Source: Polymyxa betae A26-41 (taxonomy: Eukaryota; Protista; Endomyxa: Phytomyxea). From it: a DNA stretch of 64,000 bases. The translations under genes were made by a program, and so were the position numbers. Position 1 is the first letter of the stretch, and each line of letters opens with the position of its first letter. The stretch lies in the NCBI GenBank assembly GCA_003693705.1, contig RBZT01000423.1:62001-126000 (forward strand), given 5' to 3'. The notes under the pieces are model-generated. The model was not told where the DNA came from. It made no database searches and saw nothing but the letters and a program-made list of their open reading frames with translations. Below are positions 47,597 to 60,290 of the stretch, piece after piece.

Positions 47597-48044
47597 ATGA
47601 TGCTGGCATCATGTCGCTGGCGGCCGTCGGCCAACAGGATGTTGTCGAACGGATCTAGACCGCCATTCAAACGACGCCCAAAACTTGCACTCAATGTCAC
47701 CCAGCAAGAAGAAGAATTCCAGAACGGTCTTGAGCCTCTAGCACCAAGCCCGCTTGAAGACGAATTTTTTCGCATTGAGAAGAAATTCCCTCGTCGACTA
47801 CCTGACTGGGATCAAGTAACTTTTTCATTTGTATCGCTTTCATGATTTTTTAAATCAATGGTAGGTCGAACTGAAAACTCATACTGGCTCCGATGCCGAT
47901 GAGTTAAGAAAAGCATTTGGCACGATCCGCGATACACTGGAAGAATGCGGCCATTTTCACGATAAGCAGAAGAAAGTCATGCTGCAGCTGGCGTCGAAAT
48001 TGTTATCGCAAGATTTCACCAAAGCTCGGACGTCTTGGGATTAG
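47597..48044 (+). CDS. Small hypothetical protein (about 120-130 aa, 2 exons) with a MAPK docking-like motif
   Basis: Exon 1 ...RPPFKRRPKLALNV...PSPLEDEFF...DWDQ splices (gtaac...gtag) to VELKTHTGSDADELRKAF...KARTSWD*. Confidence 0.6.
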
Positions 48045-49815
48045 ATTCCATATCATCAACGTCGGTATACGTCTGCAGTTTGTATATTATACTTGTGTGA
48101 TCTGGCTATCATAGGTATATACATAAAGGTTCAAATTATTTACATTCGCACGAAGGACCGATTGACATAGTATGAAAATATCGCTGCGAGGCATTCTATC
48201 ATCACAAACTTTTCGTGTCTGTAAATTTGTAACTATCGTAGCGGTTGTTCGTTTTGTAAATGAACTGCTCCTGAGATGATCTTATCCATTGATTCCGGAT
48301 TTCCCATTGTATCATACTAACGTATAAAAAATAGAGATTCTAGAGGGAGACTGCGACGAGCATTTGTAAGAATGATATTTATTGATGAAATACAAAAACT
48401 TTCTAACAGAATAGCCTACCTATGAGATCCAAGTCAGAAAAGTTTAACAAAGGTTGGATCAGGTGGGAAAAATGTGCAAGATCAGATTAGAGAAATATCC
48501 TCAAGAATATAGGTTATATGCTTGTTTCATTTGTAAAAAATTCATCACAATGTGATATCAAAAATAAAAAAGTCAATTACCTGAACGTTAATCTTGCACG
48601 TATAGCCGCGATGGTCACTACAAAAGCTATGTCAGCACCTGAAAGATGCAAATCAGTTGCTGCAATAAACAACCGAAGGCATCATAAGATGAAATAGAAT
48701 ATCAGACTGCGCCAATCAACAATGTGAAAAATCACTCAGACGGCACTTCCTAATTTGACGAATTTCCATCACGATAAAAAACAAAATGCTATAAACAAAG
48801 AAAGAAATTGTTACCTTTGTCGTTGAACATCGAGAATGTTGGCCACCTCCGACGCAACCGAAACTATGAGGTAGATATCGTTTGCTTTAAAAGTGACACC
48901 TAAATCTGTGACACAATAACTAGGAGACATCCGGTTGAAAACCCAGAAGGTCTCCACTCAATTGGTCATTCATCCGAACTGGACATCAGAACGAGTCCAG
49001 AACGAATATCAAGAGTGAGAAAAAGCCGGACTCCGCTACGGAGTACCATGTCGCTTACGTCCGCAGAGATATTAGCGCGCAACTATATAGTAACTTTTCG
49101 CTGAAATTATTAGTAGTCGACTCTGAAAATAAAGGATACCAATCAAGAGTCCAGATTGTAAAATCCCTGTACAAACCCCAAGCCCACAGATTTCTCGTGA
49201 ATGTACAGTTATATATATAGCCAGTGATGCCTTTAATCTCACATTAAGTTTTTTGAATGAACGAAATCAAATTATCGGAGGTGATGATTCTCTGATCGTT
49301 GCCAATAAATCCGGAATTGACTCAATGAGTAATGATGATTGCTTTACATGACTGCGTTATGTCTTATATTTATTTTCTCTGCCCAAAAAATTTTGTGGGC
49401 GATAAATCTATTAACCGTAAAACGAACGTCGGTTCAATCGTTTATAACCTTAAAGCAGCGCGGTCAGCCAGATTCGGACGAACTTACAACGCAAAAGTCA
49501 ATAGCTTCTGCATTTAGAACACAAACTGAACGTCAAACAACAACAGGTGCCAGTACGCTTTCGCTCAAACAGCATACGATTTTACCCGACAACTCATATC
49601 TTGACATCGCTACCAACTATCCTAGATGAGACTTCTGAATTTTCTCAAAATGCAAACTATTCTACTGTTTGCTTGTTATAATTGCTTTTACCTAACCTGA
49701 GCCTGCCTCACGTCGTTGGGGCTGCGCTCCTTCCTAAGGCAGATCCCCCATCCAGGTTCCGTCCGCCTCCGGAGCAGCCTTCGGTTCGAGTTGGAATTTC
49801 GCCTCGTATTTCGAT

Positions 49816-50061
49816 ATGACGTTCTGGCGAGAAGCTGGCCTTACCTATTTGAAATATGTGTCGGTCGCATCACAAGCTGTTCGTGCCGCGTTGAAAGAGC
49901 CTGCCCGCACTGAAGCGCTAAAACGAGCTGAAGTCCTGTTTAACAAGCGCGACTATGTCGATGGTAAAACAGGCACTGATCGAGGTATGCTATTCATTTG
50001 CTTGAAAAAATGTAATTAACCATAACTGTACTCAGTTAAAATCGAGAATGTTCATCAGTGA
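49816..50061 (+). CDS. ATP15: Mitochondrial F1 ATP synthase epsilon subunit, 2 exons
   Basis: MTFWREAGLTYLKYVSVASQAVRAALKEP...KR...DGK: the WRxAGxxYxxY signature; last exon VKIENVHQ*. Confidence 0.93.
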
Positions 50062-50926
50062 GTTTATGGCGTAATTGGAACTTGGTAAAAAGTCAAGTCA
50101 TCATATGATATAAAATTTTAGAATGAATTCGGCGGCATTGAAATCGGACTCGTTTCGGCCGTTCACTTTAGTCTAATGAAATTTTCTCAAACGCACCTTC
50201 TAAGGACTGCAGATTTTCAACGAAAGCAGGCTTTCTTTCACACAAACGGACTAGTTGTCCAATGTCTCAGCTCTTATCAAGATACCTAGATACCAAGGTC
50301 GGAGTCTTATGCCTACTTGCCTTTCGAGGAGTCATCGTCGTCGTTACCATCATTACATTGACGTTGGTCTGGGATCGCATTCAGACACGATATCGCTCGT
50401 TACAAGGTGACCAGCCAAAGGCTGAAGGGCGTCATCATAGGCGGAAAGCGAATGCCCGTCGCCATTACCCGATTTCTACATGTTAAACTTCGCTGGCTGA
50501 TCCTCAGGATGCAAGCTTGATGGGCCGAAATAAAACACTTGCTTTTCTTAAATTACACCAGCGCTGTCATGTACGAGGCAAAACGTCCATTCCAAGGGGT
50601 TTGATTGTTACATGTACCTGTTAATTAACTTGATAAACAGACACCGATCTTAAAGCACTTTGCAAATGCATCACCAACTTTCTATAATAATTGTTATCTG
50701 AGTAGCACAAAATCATGAGCAATATATACTTACATCAATTCTACCAAATGTCATTTCAAAGTAGAGCTCACACAAATTGGCTGGCATCCATCGTCTTCTT
50801 TATACAGTAGGAGATGCCTGAGATTATGTTACTTATCCATGATGATTCCGCTTTAAAAATGTGGGCGCATTTTTGCTTGTCATTTTGCACAGCGAGCGAT
50901 GGCATAAAGGTCGGATTGCAGCAGAC

Positions 50927-53248
50927 ATGGCTAAACCCATGCATGTTATATTTGTCTTAGACACGTCAGCGTCCATGATGAGGCCGCTCAACGGCGCGCT
51001 CTCTGCTCTGGATGCGGCCAAAGCCGCCATCGAGCAGTTTGTCGTGTCTCGATCTAGGACAACGGTTCACGGCAGGCAAGATCACTATATCCTCGTTACA
51101 ACAGAAGGTCCACAAACGACTTGGAATACTTCTACCGAAGAATTCCTAAAACAGATGCGTCAAGCACGATATGGTAGTTCTGCTTCAATTAAGGAAGCAT
51201 TAGACGCCGCCCTGGATTTCGTAAATCGCTACCGATCACCTATTCTTGACAATTACGGTCAGGGATTTGTTCCTGTAATGCCATTTATCATAATGAGCGA
51301 ACACCTTCAATTCGTTTCTGTCTTACTAATTTGTTGGTCGTTTATACTTTCTTCATTCGGTATTCGTTAGTAACGTCATTGTAGTGGTTTATCATGCCGT
51401 GCTCATTCATAATTTTGACCGATGGCTTACGAGACATGACTTTCCCGGACAACAGCATTAAAACGAAATTTCCCACAGTTCAACATTTATATTCAGATAG
51501 CTATCGCTGGGATTATCGTGTACATGTTGCTGTGCTGACAACTGGAGGGGTTGTTCAGACGCCGCATCGCCTTGCTGATATTTGCCAAATGCTGTCAGGC
51601 ACATTCAAAGTCTGCTCTTCGCTTCGGACAGTGAAAGAGTTCATGGAACAACTGTCACAACAAACGATGCCGTCCGTGTCGATTCGCCTGTCATCCAATA
51701 CGGCTTCTGCCACCTGCCCGTTCTTGATCACTCAGGACAAAGGCAACTGGCCCATACCGCTGTCTTATCTACCGAATGCTGCTAGCTCTCGGCTGGAAAT
51801 CTCTTCTCCAATTCCTGAATTTGTACTAAAGGTATTCTTCTGGTTGAAGACGTGTTTTGTTTAAGCTGTGAATTTATCATGAATGTTCGTCAATTATGTT
51901 TCGTTGTATTTCCGCCTTGTTTTTTGTTTGAAGACCAGCTTTTGATATTACTCACTGTTTTTGAATTCCTTTTGCATATTCCCATTATAGCCGTCGTTGT
52001 AACGTCTCTCCCTCCAGCCTTTATTAACGCCATTGGACGTCGCCTCGCTGAATTTACCTTATGATCGATTCGAAGTTGAATCTGGGCAGTTCCCGAACAA
52101 TGTCATGCCCAACCAGTGCCAACAAGTTATGTGTCATGTCCGGAACAGTCTTGGAGATGGTGCCGATGGGAAACCGTGCGCTTTATTAACGCCTACGAGT
52201 CTTTTTGTACTGCCATACAACTTTCCACGTTTATCTCGCTTAATTCAAGAGTCTACGGGGGCGTCTTTGTCGCAGCAAATTGAATCATGGAAACTACAGC
52301 TGACAGTGAGACAGTTTCTATCTAGATGATTCGGCTAATGTTTGCATGAGGTCGTCCCGTTTTATTACATTCCAGCGCTGCGAATGGCTTTTAGCCGCAG
52401 CCATCTTCTGTCACATTTGGTTTCAGAGGTTCTTCATGGTGAAAATATGACTGGTGCTTTGAATGCTCAAATCAAGACTCAAATCAGTTGTCTGGTTCAG
52501 TCTCAACAAGTATTTAGTTTTCCTTCATCTGCACTTGAAATTTTGCGTTTAATTTTGAATTAGTCTTTATTGGAAAATCAAGAGTCACAAAAACTGTTAC
52601 CAAAGCTTTTGCCACGACCAATTCCTGGCCGTCGCCCTTCCCGAAACATCGATCCCGCTCATGAGATTCCTTTAGCAACCATGGGAAATTACCAGGCAGC
52701 TTTAGCCTCAAAGCCTATCCTGCGAGATCCCTTATCGGATGACACCCAAAACTCGGAACCACTGAGGTAGTAATTGGAAACACTGGTCTTTCAGATTTTT
52801 GAAAATACATAGAGAGGACGCTCACTTTGGCAGTCGTTATCGCAAAACCAAGAAAGTTTCAAGAAGGCTTTCGCTTTCGGTGGATGAAGCCGATCGCAGT
52901 TTTGACGATTTACAACCCATTATAAACCCTCAAGCAAGGCAAAGCATTGTTATTCAGGCTCCGAAGCTGGAAGGATCCCTTGCTAACAAGCCGAAAATAT
53001 TCGTCAACTATTGGAAGCTGGCCCCTTTACTGTGGTCATTCACCGAGCTGTTAATGACCTCTGAATTTGATTCTGCCTATCCTTCGCTTTTATCTAATTT
53101 TAAAACATCGCTGGAAGCTGCGCGCTCAAATGCCGATTTTGATATGCTTGTGCTACTTTGTCATGAACAAGCCAATCGTTATGGCAATATTGACCGAGCT
53201 GAAATACTACGTTCTGCCCCAAGACGTACCAGCCTATCAACAACGTGA
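50927..53248 (+). CDS. INTS6: Integrator complex subunit 6 (VWA domain; DICE1/DDX26)
   Basis: IFVLDTSASM, LDAAKAAIEQF, DNYGQG..P, IILTDG, YRWDYR, GNWPIP, LPYDRFEVE, LFVLPYNFP, PFYY..LR, HEIPLATMGNYQ, HFG.RY appear in INTS6 order. Confidence 0.9.
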
Positions 53249-53457
53249 ATAAGCAAACTTCTTTCCATTTCATCCAGGAGCCCTTGATAGTTCGTTTCTG
53301 CAAAGCTCTTTGTTTTTACAATATATCTACAGTAAATATTTCTCAAGTCAATCCTCTATTCTGATTCGGGATTCTTCAAATTGATTATGCTGTTTTTTGG
53401 GAGAAACTGGACCGTCTTTCTTCTCTCAAGCTTGAAGATGAAACTTGTGTATTTCAG

Positions 53458-55151
53458 ATGAGTACATCTTCTGTTTTCGGAATGCCGGATGAGTCAATCA
53501 GTGTGAAGGATGAGCCTGGAGATGCACATTTTCTCATCAAAGCACTTCAACAATCCTACAGTGACTTAAATCACTACCGCTGTCCTGTTCCGGCCTTTAA
53601 TTGGTTTTGCTGAGTGTGCTCCCGCGGGGACTTCATTCAATCAAAATGTGCTCTTCCGGAAAACAAACGAAAATGACTACTTTATGTTGCTTGGCTTGTT
53701 GCTGTAGCTTGCAGCCTAGTATAAAGCGTTTTCTATGGAACGATGACTCATCTGAAGTGGAAGATGAGTCATGGAGGATTGGAGGAAGATTTTTTTTAAA
53801 TTACGAGCCAGCACAATATAATGAGATGAGAAGATCCCACAGGGGATTTCAAGCCGCGGATGATAATGATTCGGATATTACTCTCGAAGCAACTGCTGCT
53901 AAGAGACACAAGACTTCGTCAGGCATTGCTCCTTTTATTTCTCCTGTCCATCGCCACCCGTTGGAGAATGTCTTTGACACGCCGTCTTTATCTGAAATTC
54001 CACCTATGCCTGCTGCCATTGCTCAACCGATAACGCACAGTCCACCTTTCTCTTTACATCTAGCAACAGAACTGCAAAATGTTCCCAAATTTCCCGATTT
54101 CTTTCATTATTCTTCCGACGACGAATACGACCTCAATATCAACATCAACCGTTCTGATATCAAAGCAAGGGATGTGGGCGCCGCCGGTTTGAAGCAAGGA
54201 ATGATTAATTCGGCGCCGGATGAACTTTCAGGATCCCTTTCGAAGCCTTACATCGTTCCATCGTCGACAACCACAATGCTAGACGATCACACAGGGTTTT
54301 CTTCAAGGCCACCCCTTGCAATTCCATCGAAGAGAACGGCGATGTTTCATGAGCGCACTGGATTGGCATTGAAGCCTCCAACAGCGATTCCATCGACAAC
54401 AACAACAATGCTGGAGGAACGCATAGGGTTTACAATGAAACCCTCCCCTGATATCCCTTTATCATCAACAACAATGGCAGCTGGTCGCCCTGGGATCTCG
54501 TTCAAGCCTCTAGCTACGACTTCATCATCATCAAAATCAACGATGGGAGACGAACGGCCAAGGTTCGCATTGTATCCTTCAACCACGATTCCATCAACGG
54601 CTACAACTCCAGACCAAAGTTCAGGGTTCGCTTTGAAGCCTTCAAGTGAAATTCCGTCATCGATGCCAAGTTTGAGTCATCCGGTTGCCGCTAGTCTGCT
54701 GACATCAGCAGATATTAACAGGCTTCGAAACCGGGGTTGCCCTTCACAGTTTGCAGTGCCATCTTCACAAAATCGTATTCATGTTGCACTTCCGCCAAAA
54801 TTGATATCTTCTACTTTCGGCGAGCGGCACGAAACTGTACCATTACCGTCAAGAATAGCTCAAAGCGGCCTTCGGAAAACAGGCGCTCCGCCGATTAGAA
54901 CAGGTGTTTTTAGTCTCGATGACCGTCGAGCAACTCCAGCACAATCGGAAAGTGATGCGAGGAGGTTTGCTTGCAGCAGCTGCTCTGCGAGATTCACAAG
55001 AAGAGCGAATTTGAACAGGCACCAGTTAGTGCATACTCGCGATCGTCCGTTTAAATGCCCGCTTTGCGCTCAGGTTTTCTCATTATCTGGGAACTTGAAA
55101 CGGCATTTAAATAATGTACATAAGACTACACAGACTCCTCCGCCAGATTGA
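53458..55151 (+). CDS. C2H2 zinc-finger transcription factor (two C-terminal fingers) with internal ~22-aa repeats; 5' exon tentative
   Basis: FACSSCSARFTRRANLNRHQLVH-TRDRP-FKCPLCAQVFSLSGNLKRHLNNVH. A probable first exon from ATG 53458 splices into ORF 53601-55151. Confidence 0.88.
54243..54662 (+). repeat. Coding degenerate tandem repeat, about 6.5 units of 63-69 nt
   Basis: Unit starts (K/R/Y-P codons) at 54243, 54306, 54372, 54438, 54504, 54573, 54636; consensus KPxxxIPSxxTxMxxERxGFxL. Confidence 0.85.
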
Positions 55152-55642
55152 TTGAATTTAATGTGTAAAATCCATTGTACAATCAAAACCTGTTTTGTTA
55201 TTGGTGGCTGTGTATATTGAATCCTCGAGACACTTTTTCAGAATATCAACAGATTGGTGACACTCTTCTTAGTAAAACCAATCTTGAAGATGTACAGCGA
55301 TTATCGTGGCGATACGTATTCGCAAAATGAAAACACAATAATCTCCCTAAGAATCAAGTCCCAATGCTTACCACGCTTCCCAAGCATTCGGCCCAGTTTC
55401 CCGTGTTTCATTCCACGTGTTAATCCATTGTTATTAGCGCTTCGCAGTGTTGTGTTTGTGATCAACCACAGAGAATGAGATGACAGGTTTTCTGGCCCAT
55501 ACTTTGTTAAGGTTGGGTCAACCTTGGTACAGGTTCTGGGTAATGAATGGCCAACAAATACAGGTCCCGACCCCCATAGCTCTATTACGCGGTTTAACGG
55601 CCGCCTAATTGTCGCTATCACCATTGACGTCGTCGCCGCCCA

Positions 55643-57028
55643 ATGGCCAGCGACAGGACCTTGCTAGAACCTTGGCGAGCCATCCGCCGTCACAGTCAGC
55701 GACTGGGATTCGTCGACGTTTCATATTGTCATAAACTTCGGAACTCGGTTCTGCAGGCACTCCGACAGCTGCGACAACAGCCATACCGCTTGTTTGAACT
55801 TCGGGTTCGTATTCCGAGATATTTGTTTAATGATTGAGTTGCTTCATAGAGGAGGAAACCTTACAAGCAGACAGGATTTAGCTTGGTGCTCAATGACAAA
55901 ATGTCTGGAAATAATTCGCCCCCGCACAGTCCAACGTCGAAAAATGACATCGTTGTTATTGACCTAACTGAAGATTCTGCTGATGAGCAGACTCCAGCTT
56001 CTAAAATTAAACCAGCTGTAAGTTTTTTCACGATCATTCGTTTGTGCCATTACCGATTTTTAGAGGCCTGTCCTTACTGCTCTAGACGATCGAGAGTTTG
56101 AAACAAAACGCCATATCAGTAAACAAATGGAGCGTCTATTGGACGAAGATCTCACTGCTCAATTCAATCAAATATCATTACGAGCAAAGATCGACGATGA
56201 ACTTGAAGAGGTCCAGAACCGCATATCGCAGCTGATGATTGAGAAGCCATTATCTCCGAGCCAAGAAGATTTGATTGAGTCGGCTTTGAAAAAGAAGTTG
56301 GAACCTTTGGATGATCTCGATAGATTCGAGAAAATATTATCGATGCCTCGCAATCACGTTCATGTTTCGAAGTTCAATCAAGACATCACCACTGTAAACA
56401 TTCTTATCCTTGTGGCCAAATTACATCTCAATAATTTCAGGAGATGCTTAAATGCTTACGTGATGGCCAGTGGCTGAACGACGAAATCATGAATTTCCAA
56501 ATTAATTTAATGCAAGAACGCAATTCGAAATCTAGAAAGCGGCCTCGAGTATTTTTCCATAACAGTTTCTTTTACACGAAAATGATGGCAAATGGAGTAT
56601 ACAAATACAGCAACGTCTCCAGATGGACGAAAAGAAAGAAAATAGATATATTCGCTATGGATATGGTTATTTTCCCTGTTCATGTTCATGGCAATCACTG
56701 GTGTTTGGGGGTGATCGATTTATTCAAGAAAGAAGTCGTGTATTATGACTCGTTGGGAGGTCGTAACCCAGATTTCTTCACTAGCTGCAGGCGCTATATC
56801 ACAGACGAGCATCAAGACAAGAAGAATTCGAGCTTCGATCTCACCGGTTGGAAGGACGTTCTGCCAAAGGCGATACCACATCAGAACAATGGATGTGATT
56901 GTGGTGTATTCACTTTGAAGTTTGCTGATTATATCAGTGAGCGTCTGCCATTAAAATTTTCTCAAAAGGACATGCCTTATTTCAGAAGGCGTATTCTATT
57001 AGAAATCATCAATGGTGCTATATTATAA
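55643..57028 (+). CDS. SUMO protease ULP1/SENP (peptidase C48)
   Basis: WLNDEIMNF, NSFFY, Y..V.RWT, PVHVHGNHWCL, YYDSL, PHQNNGCDCGVF, FSQKDMPYFRRRI. Confidence 0.95.
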
Positions 57029-57293
57029 AGCATATTGACCGAAGCTGCCTCACATCAATCACGTTCAACAATCTGATAGATCATTCTGTGTGACTTTCAT
57101 GCTGTTCTTAGAGTATCTGCCTAGTAATCATTACAGTATCTCAACCAAAAAACAGCATCGTTTGCTGAAGATTGAAACTAGAAAGAGAGTCTCTCAAGTA
57201 TACATTATGGGTTCACGTTACCAAGTTAATGACGTGGCCTTCGTCCTGTATGAAGCAGCCATCATTTTTCTTTCGTTGATTGTTTAGTTAGCG

Positions 57294-57959
57294 ATGGTCG
57301 TGTCTCAATGTCCTTTCTACCAACCGACAGCTCTACCTGACCGTGATGAGCACAGTGATGAAGCTGGTGTTAAATCAGAACGGCTCATAGCGGAGCACTT
57401 CGCTGAATGTCCCGGAATGGACGTGAGTGGAGAGGAATCGGATGTGTCGGAATACGAACTGGAGGCACTCAGTGATGAATTAAACCATACAATGCGGTTG
57501 ACAAGAAATGATTTCCTAGGCGCTACTATGCAATCGGGGTTCGTCATGAGCCAATCAAAAATCGATGAAATGGTAAGCAAGATCTTGGGGGAAAAGGTAA
57601 AAACAGATAATAACATATAACTTTAATACTAATACGTATTCCAAGGTCGAACCTGAGCAAATGGATTCATTCGCAGAACCGGCAGAAGGCATCCAAGAAT
57701 TGAAGACACATGGACCTATATCTAATCAAGCCGATTCAGTACCAAACCGTCACCATCTTCTAACGGCTGTACCAGATCAGTCCATTCAGGATAATTTGAC
57801 AGTAGATATCCTTGTCTTGTTATTTTATTTGGTTGTAGCACTTCCGATTATGTTCATAGAAGCAGTAAGTTTCTTTATGATCGCTGGCACCACCTAATTC
57901 CATTTCAGTTAACAAAGGGATCAAAGTTCTTCAATTCTTTGGGAGGTTCCTTATTTTAA
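57294..57959 (+). CDS. Acidic hypothetical protein with a C-terminal TM helix, 3 exons
   Basis: ORF 57294-57620 spliced to 57661-57897 and a short last exon LTKGSKFFNSLGGSLF*; TM ILVLLFYLVVALPIMFI. Confidence 0.55.
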
Positions 57960-57992
57960 AAATAAATCCAAGAAAACGGTAATTAGGCTATC

Positions 57993-58607
57993 CTATGTAC
58001 GTGTATTATAATGGAGAGCATTAATCTGATTATTCGTATTCATATGATTTAGTGCATCTAATACCGTATGGACTCGGGTATGAAGCCAGTCTAAAAGAAA
58101 CCTTTTAGCAGGTTGTGCCACCACGAGATTTGGAGTATGATTAATAATATGAGGCGAGAATCTGGTACTTAAATGCGGAATGTCGGGGCTGGTCGCCACC
58201 GACGCCAACAGATGTAGATCCAATGCTTTCCATCTCTCGTCATCATAATTATCTTCGCTGCTTTCACTTTTGTCCTGAGAGAAAGACGAACCGGGAGAGA
58301 AGGCGCTCGTTCTAGTTGGGTCGCTCAAACTGTTTCGTGATAACGACAAAGGCTTCGGCCTTTTGTTTGACATATCTCCATGAGTTTCAGGAGCAGATCT
58401 TGACCTCTTCAAAATTCTCTCGAACTGTATACCCAGCTGTTCGAGCCTCTCTGCTGCTGAGATCAAAGCCAGCTCACGCTCGCTAATAGCTCTCCTGTTT
58501 TTTACGTCTTCGGATGTTTTGTTTGTTGAGTCGACAGCCAAATTTCCGCCACCGCATGCTGCCTCAGGTAAGGGTTCACATCCTCCTGATTGCTGATATG
58601 GCAGCAT
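57993..58607 (-). CDS. Hypothetical 204-aa protein, S-rich, with basic NLS-like patches
   Basis: Uninterrupted ORF with ATG; no family recognised. Confidence 0.55.
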   Translation of the reverse strand: MLPYQQSGGCEPLPEAACGGGNLAVDSTNKTSEDVKNRRAISERELALISAAERLEQLGIQFERILKRSRSAPETHGDMSNKRPKPLSLSRNSLSDPTRTSAFSPGSSFSQDKSESSEDNYDDERWKALDLHLLASVATSPDIPHLSTRFSPHIINHTPNLVVAQPAKRFLLDWLHTRVHTVLDALNHMNTNNQINALHYNTRT

Positions 58608-60290
58608 TGTGCTTGGGAATTTATCGATCAGAACGAATCAAAACCCCTAATAATATGTGCCAACGACACAATTTCGACGCGTGCCAATAATAGATTCTCG
58701 TTTTGACGTTTGAGGAAATTTGTATGCTAAAGTGATATTGCACGGCAAAGATAAAGAATATCAAGTCCTCACAGGCCGAAGATCGACAGATAACAGCAGC
58801 TGTGCAGTCTGCACGTACATTTAACTGCAACATCAACAAAGACGATTTTTAAGGAGACTTGGGGCCTGCATGTACCTGTGGTCACACAGCGCTTCGAATC
58901 GATACGTGGATATTTAGATATCAGTTTGATTTGATCTGGTCTTGATGCCTTGATGGTTGATTATGGACGTGCAAACTATTCCTACTTCGAGGGAAAAGCG
59001 TAAAGTCCTGGCTGTGGACTGAAGTTGCAAAATATTCTCCAGCTTCAGAAAAAATGTTTGTAACTGTTGCCTGTAAATCTGGCTTTTGGCTAAGTAGCCC
59101 TTGTACCTACATCGTAGATGAAATCGTCGTATTTAGGGTGTCTACGGACCAATTAAGGGTGAAAAGACTTCGTGTTTGGAGTTATCGCCAGGGTCTTCAT
59201 TGTCGGTTTTGGTAGATTCTTTTCCATTGGGCGTGTGATTGCGCCACTTTCTGTTTGATTGTGTGAGAGTTCTGTCGTGCCTTATCTTTGGTCATGTTTT
59301 GCCCAGTTGTTTTTGGACAAATCGTATCCGACTTTGTTCCAGCCATCTGAAATGCGGTGACTATGCTTACTATAAAAAAATCATAAAACCGGTTAAAGCG
59401 CAGCTCATCAACCGCTCGACCATACTATTAGACCAAGCAATGGGCTTTCATCGTTCCCATCTTTAGATGGTCGCCCTCTTGTCCGTATCATGGCTAAACG
59501 GAGTGGAAGGAGATAGTTTCGGGGCCGATCCAGTCGACATGTCACATGGGTGGCGCCTAGAAATGGAGAAATTGCAGAGAATGCAACTCCCAATGGGCGA
59601 TCCAAGAAAGAGGTTACCCTATCGAGTTATACAAATGTGGGCTTTTAACTTGATCACAAGACGGATCAGAATATCAGTTAAGCGATTATAGAGGATCCGC
59701 CATAGAACGGTTGCCAACAAATTTACTACAAAGTCGTAAGCAGAGTCGATAGCAACTAAGACCATCGAAATGTATTGAAGATAAGACAGAAAGAGAGAGA
59801 TAAAGATTTAGTAGAGAGCAGATTTCAAGAGGGGTGATAAAATCGAGAACGGTTTTCATATCACTCAGCATCCATCAGAATGTCAAGTTGCTTATGCAGG
59901 TACTTGATCCGAGCTTGCTCATCAGGAAGGAAGACGAGCTTGGACGATATCAGGACGCCCACTTTACGAGACGAGACGTCGCAGCTGCTCGTAACGGTCA
60001 GGAACGGACCGCTCGATAGCTGCCATGAACCCATTAATATCAATAAGTGCTTCTCAATATAGAAGCTCACGTGATCCAGAATCTTACCACGATATCAACA
60101 TATCGGCCTCGATCGGGTCCCGGGCTCGAAGCGGCGTCGTACTTTCAGCCAGGGCCAGCCGCGATCTCAGTTCGTGCTCCAGTAGATCCGAGGACGGAGT
60201 CACTAAACATGCCAACTGGAAACCATGAATGGCAGCTCCCTGCCTGGTCATTTCATAACAGCTGATGCCGACGATTCTACCACTATCAAT

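Noticed and set aside
49715-49790. SRP RNA helix-8-like CCAGG...GGAGCAG hairpin upstream of ATP15
   Set aside because: Lacks the GNRA tetraloop and correct spacing, and there is no Alu or helix 6 context; more likely a GC-rich 5' UTR.
50262-50486. 74-aa ORF with one hydrophobic stretch
   Set aside because: No recognisable family and competing frames are equally plausible; cannot be supported without expression data.
3640-57240. Shared TGACG (CRE-like) promoter motif near several start codons
   Set aside because: About 6 of roughly 25 upstream regions have it, close to random expectation for a 5-mer on two strands.
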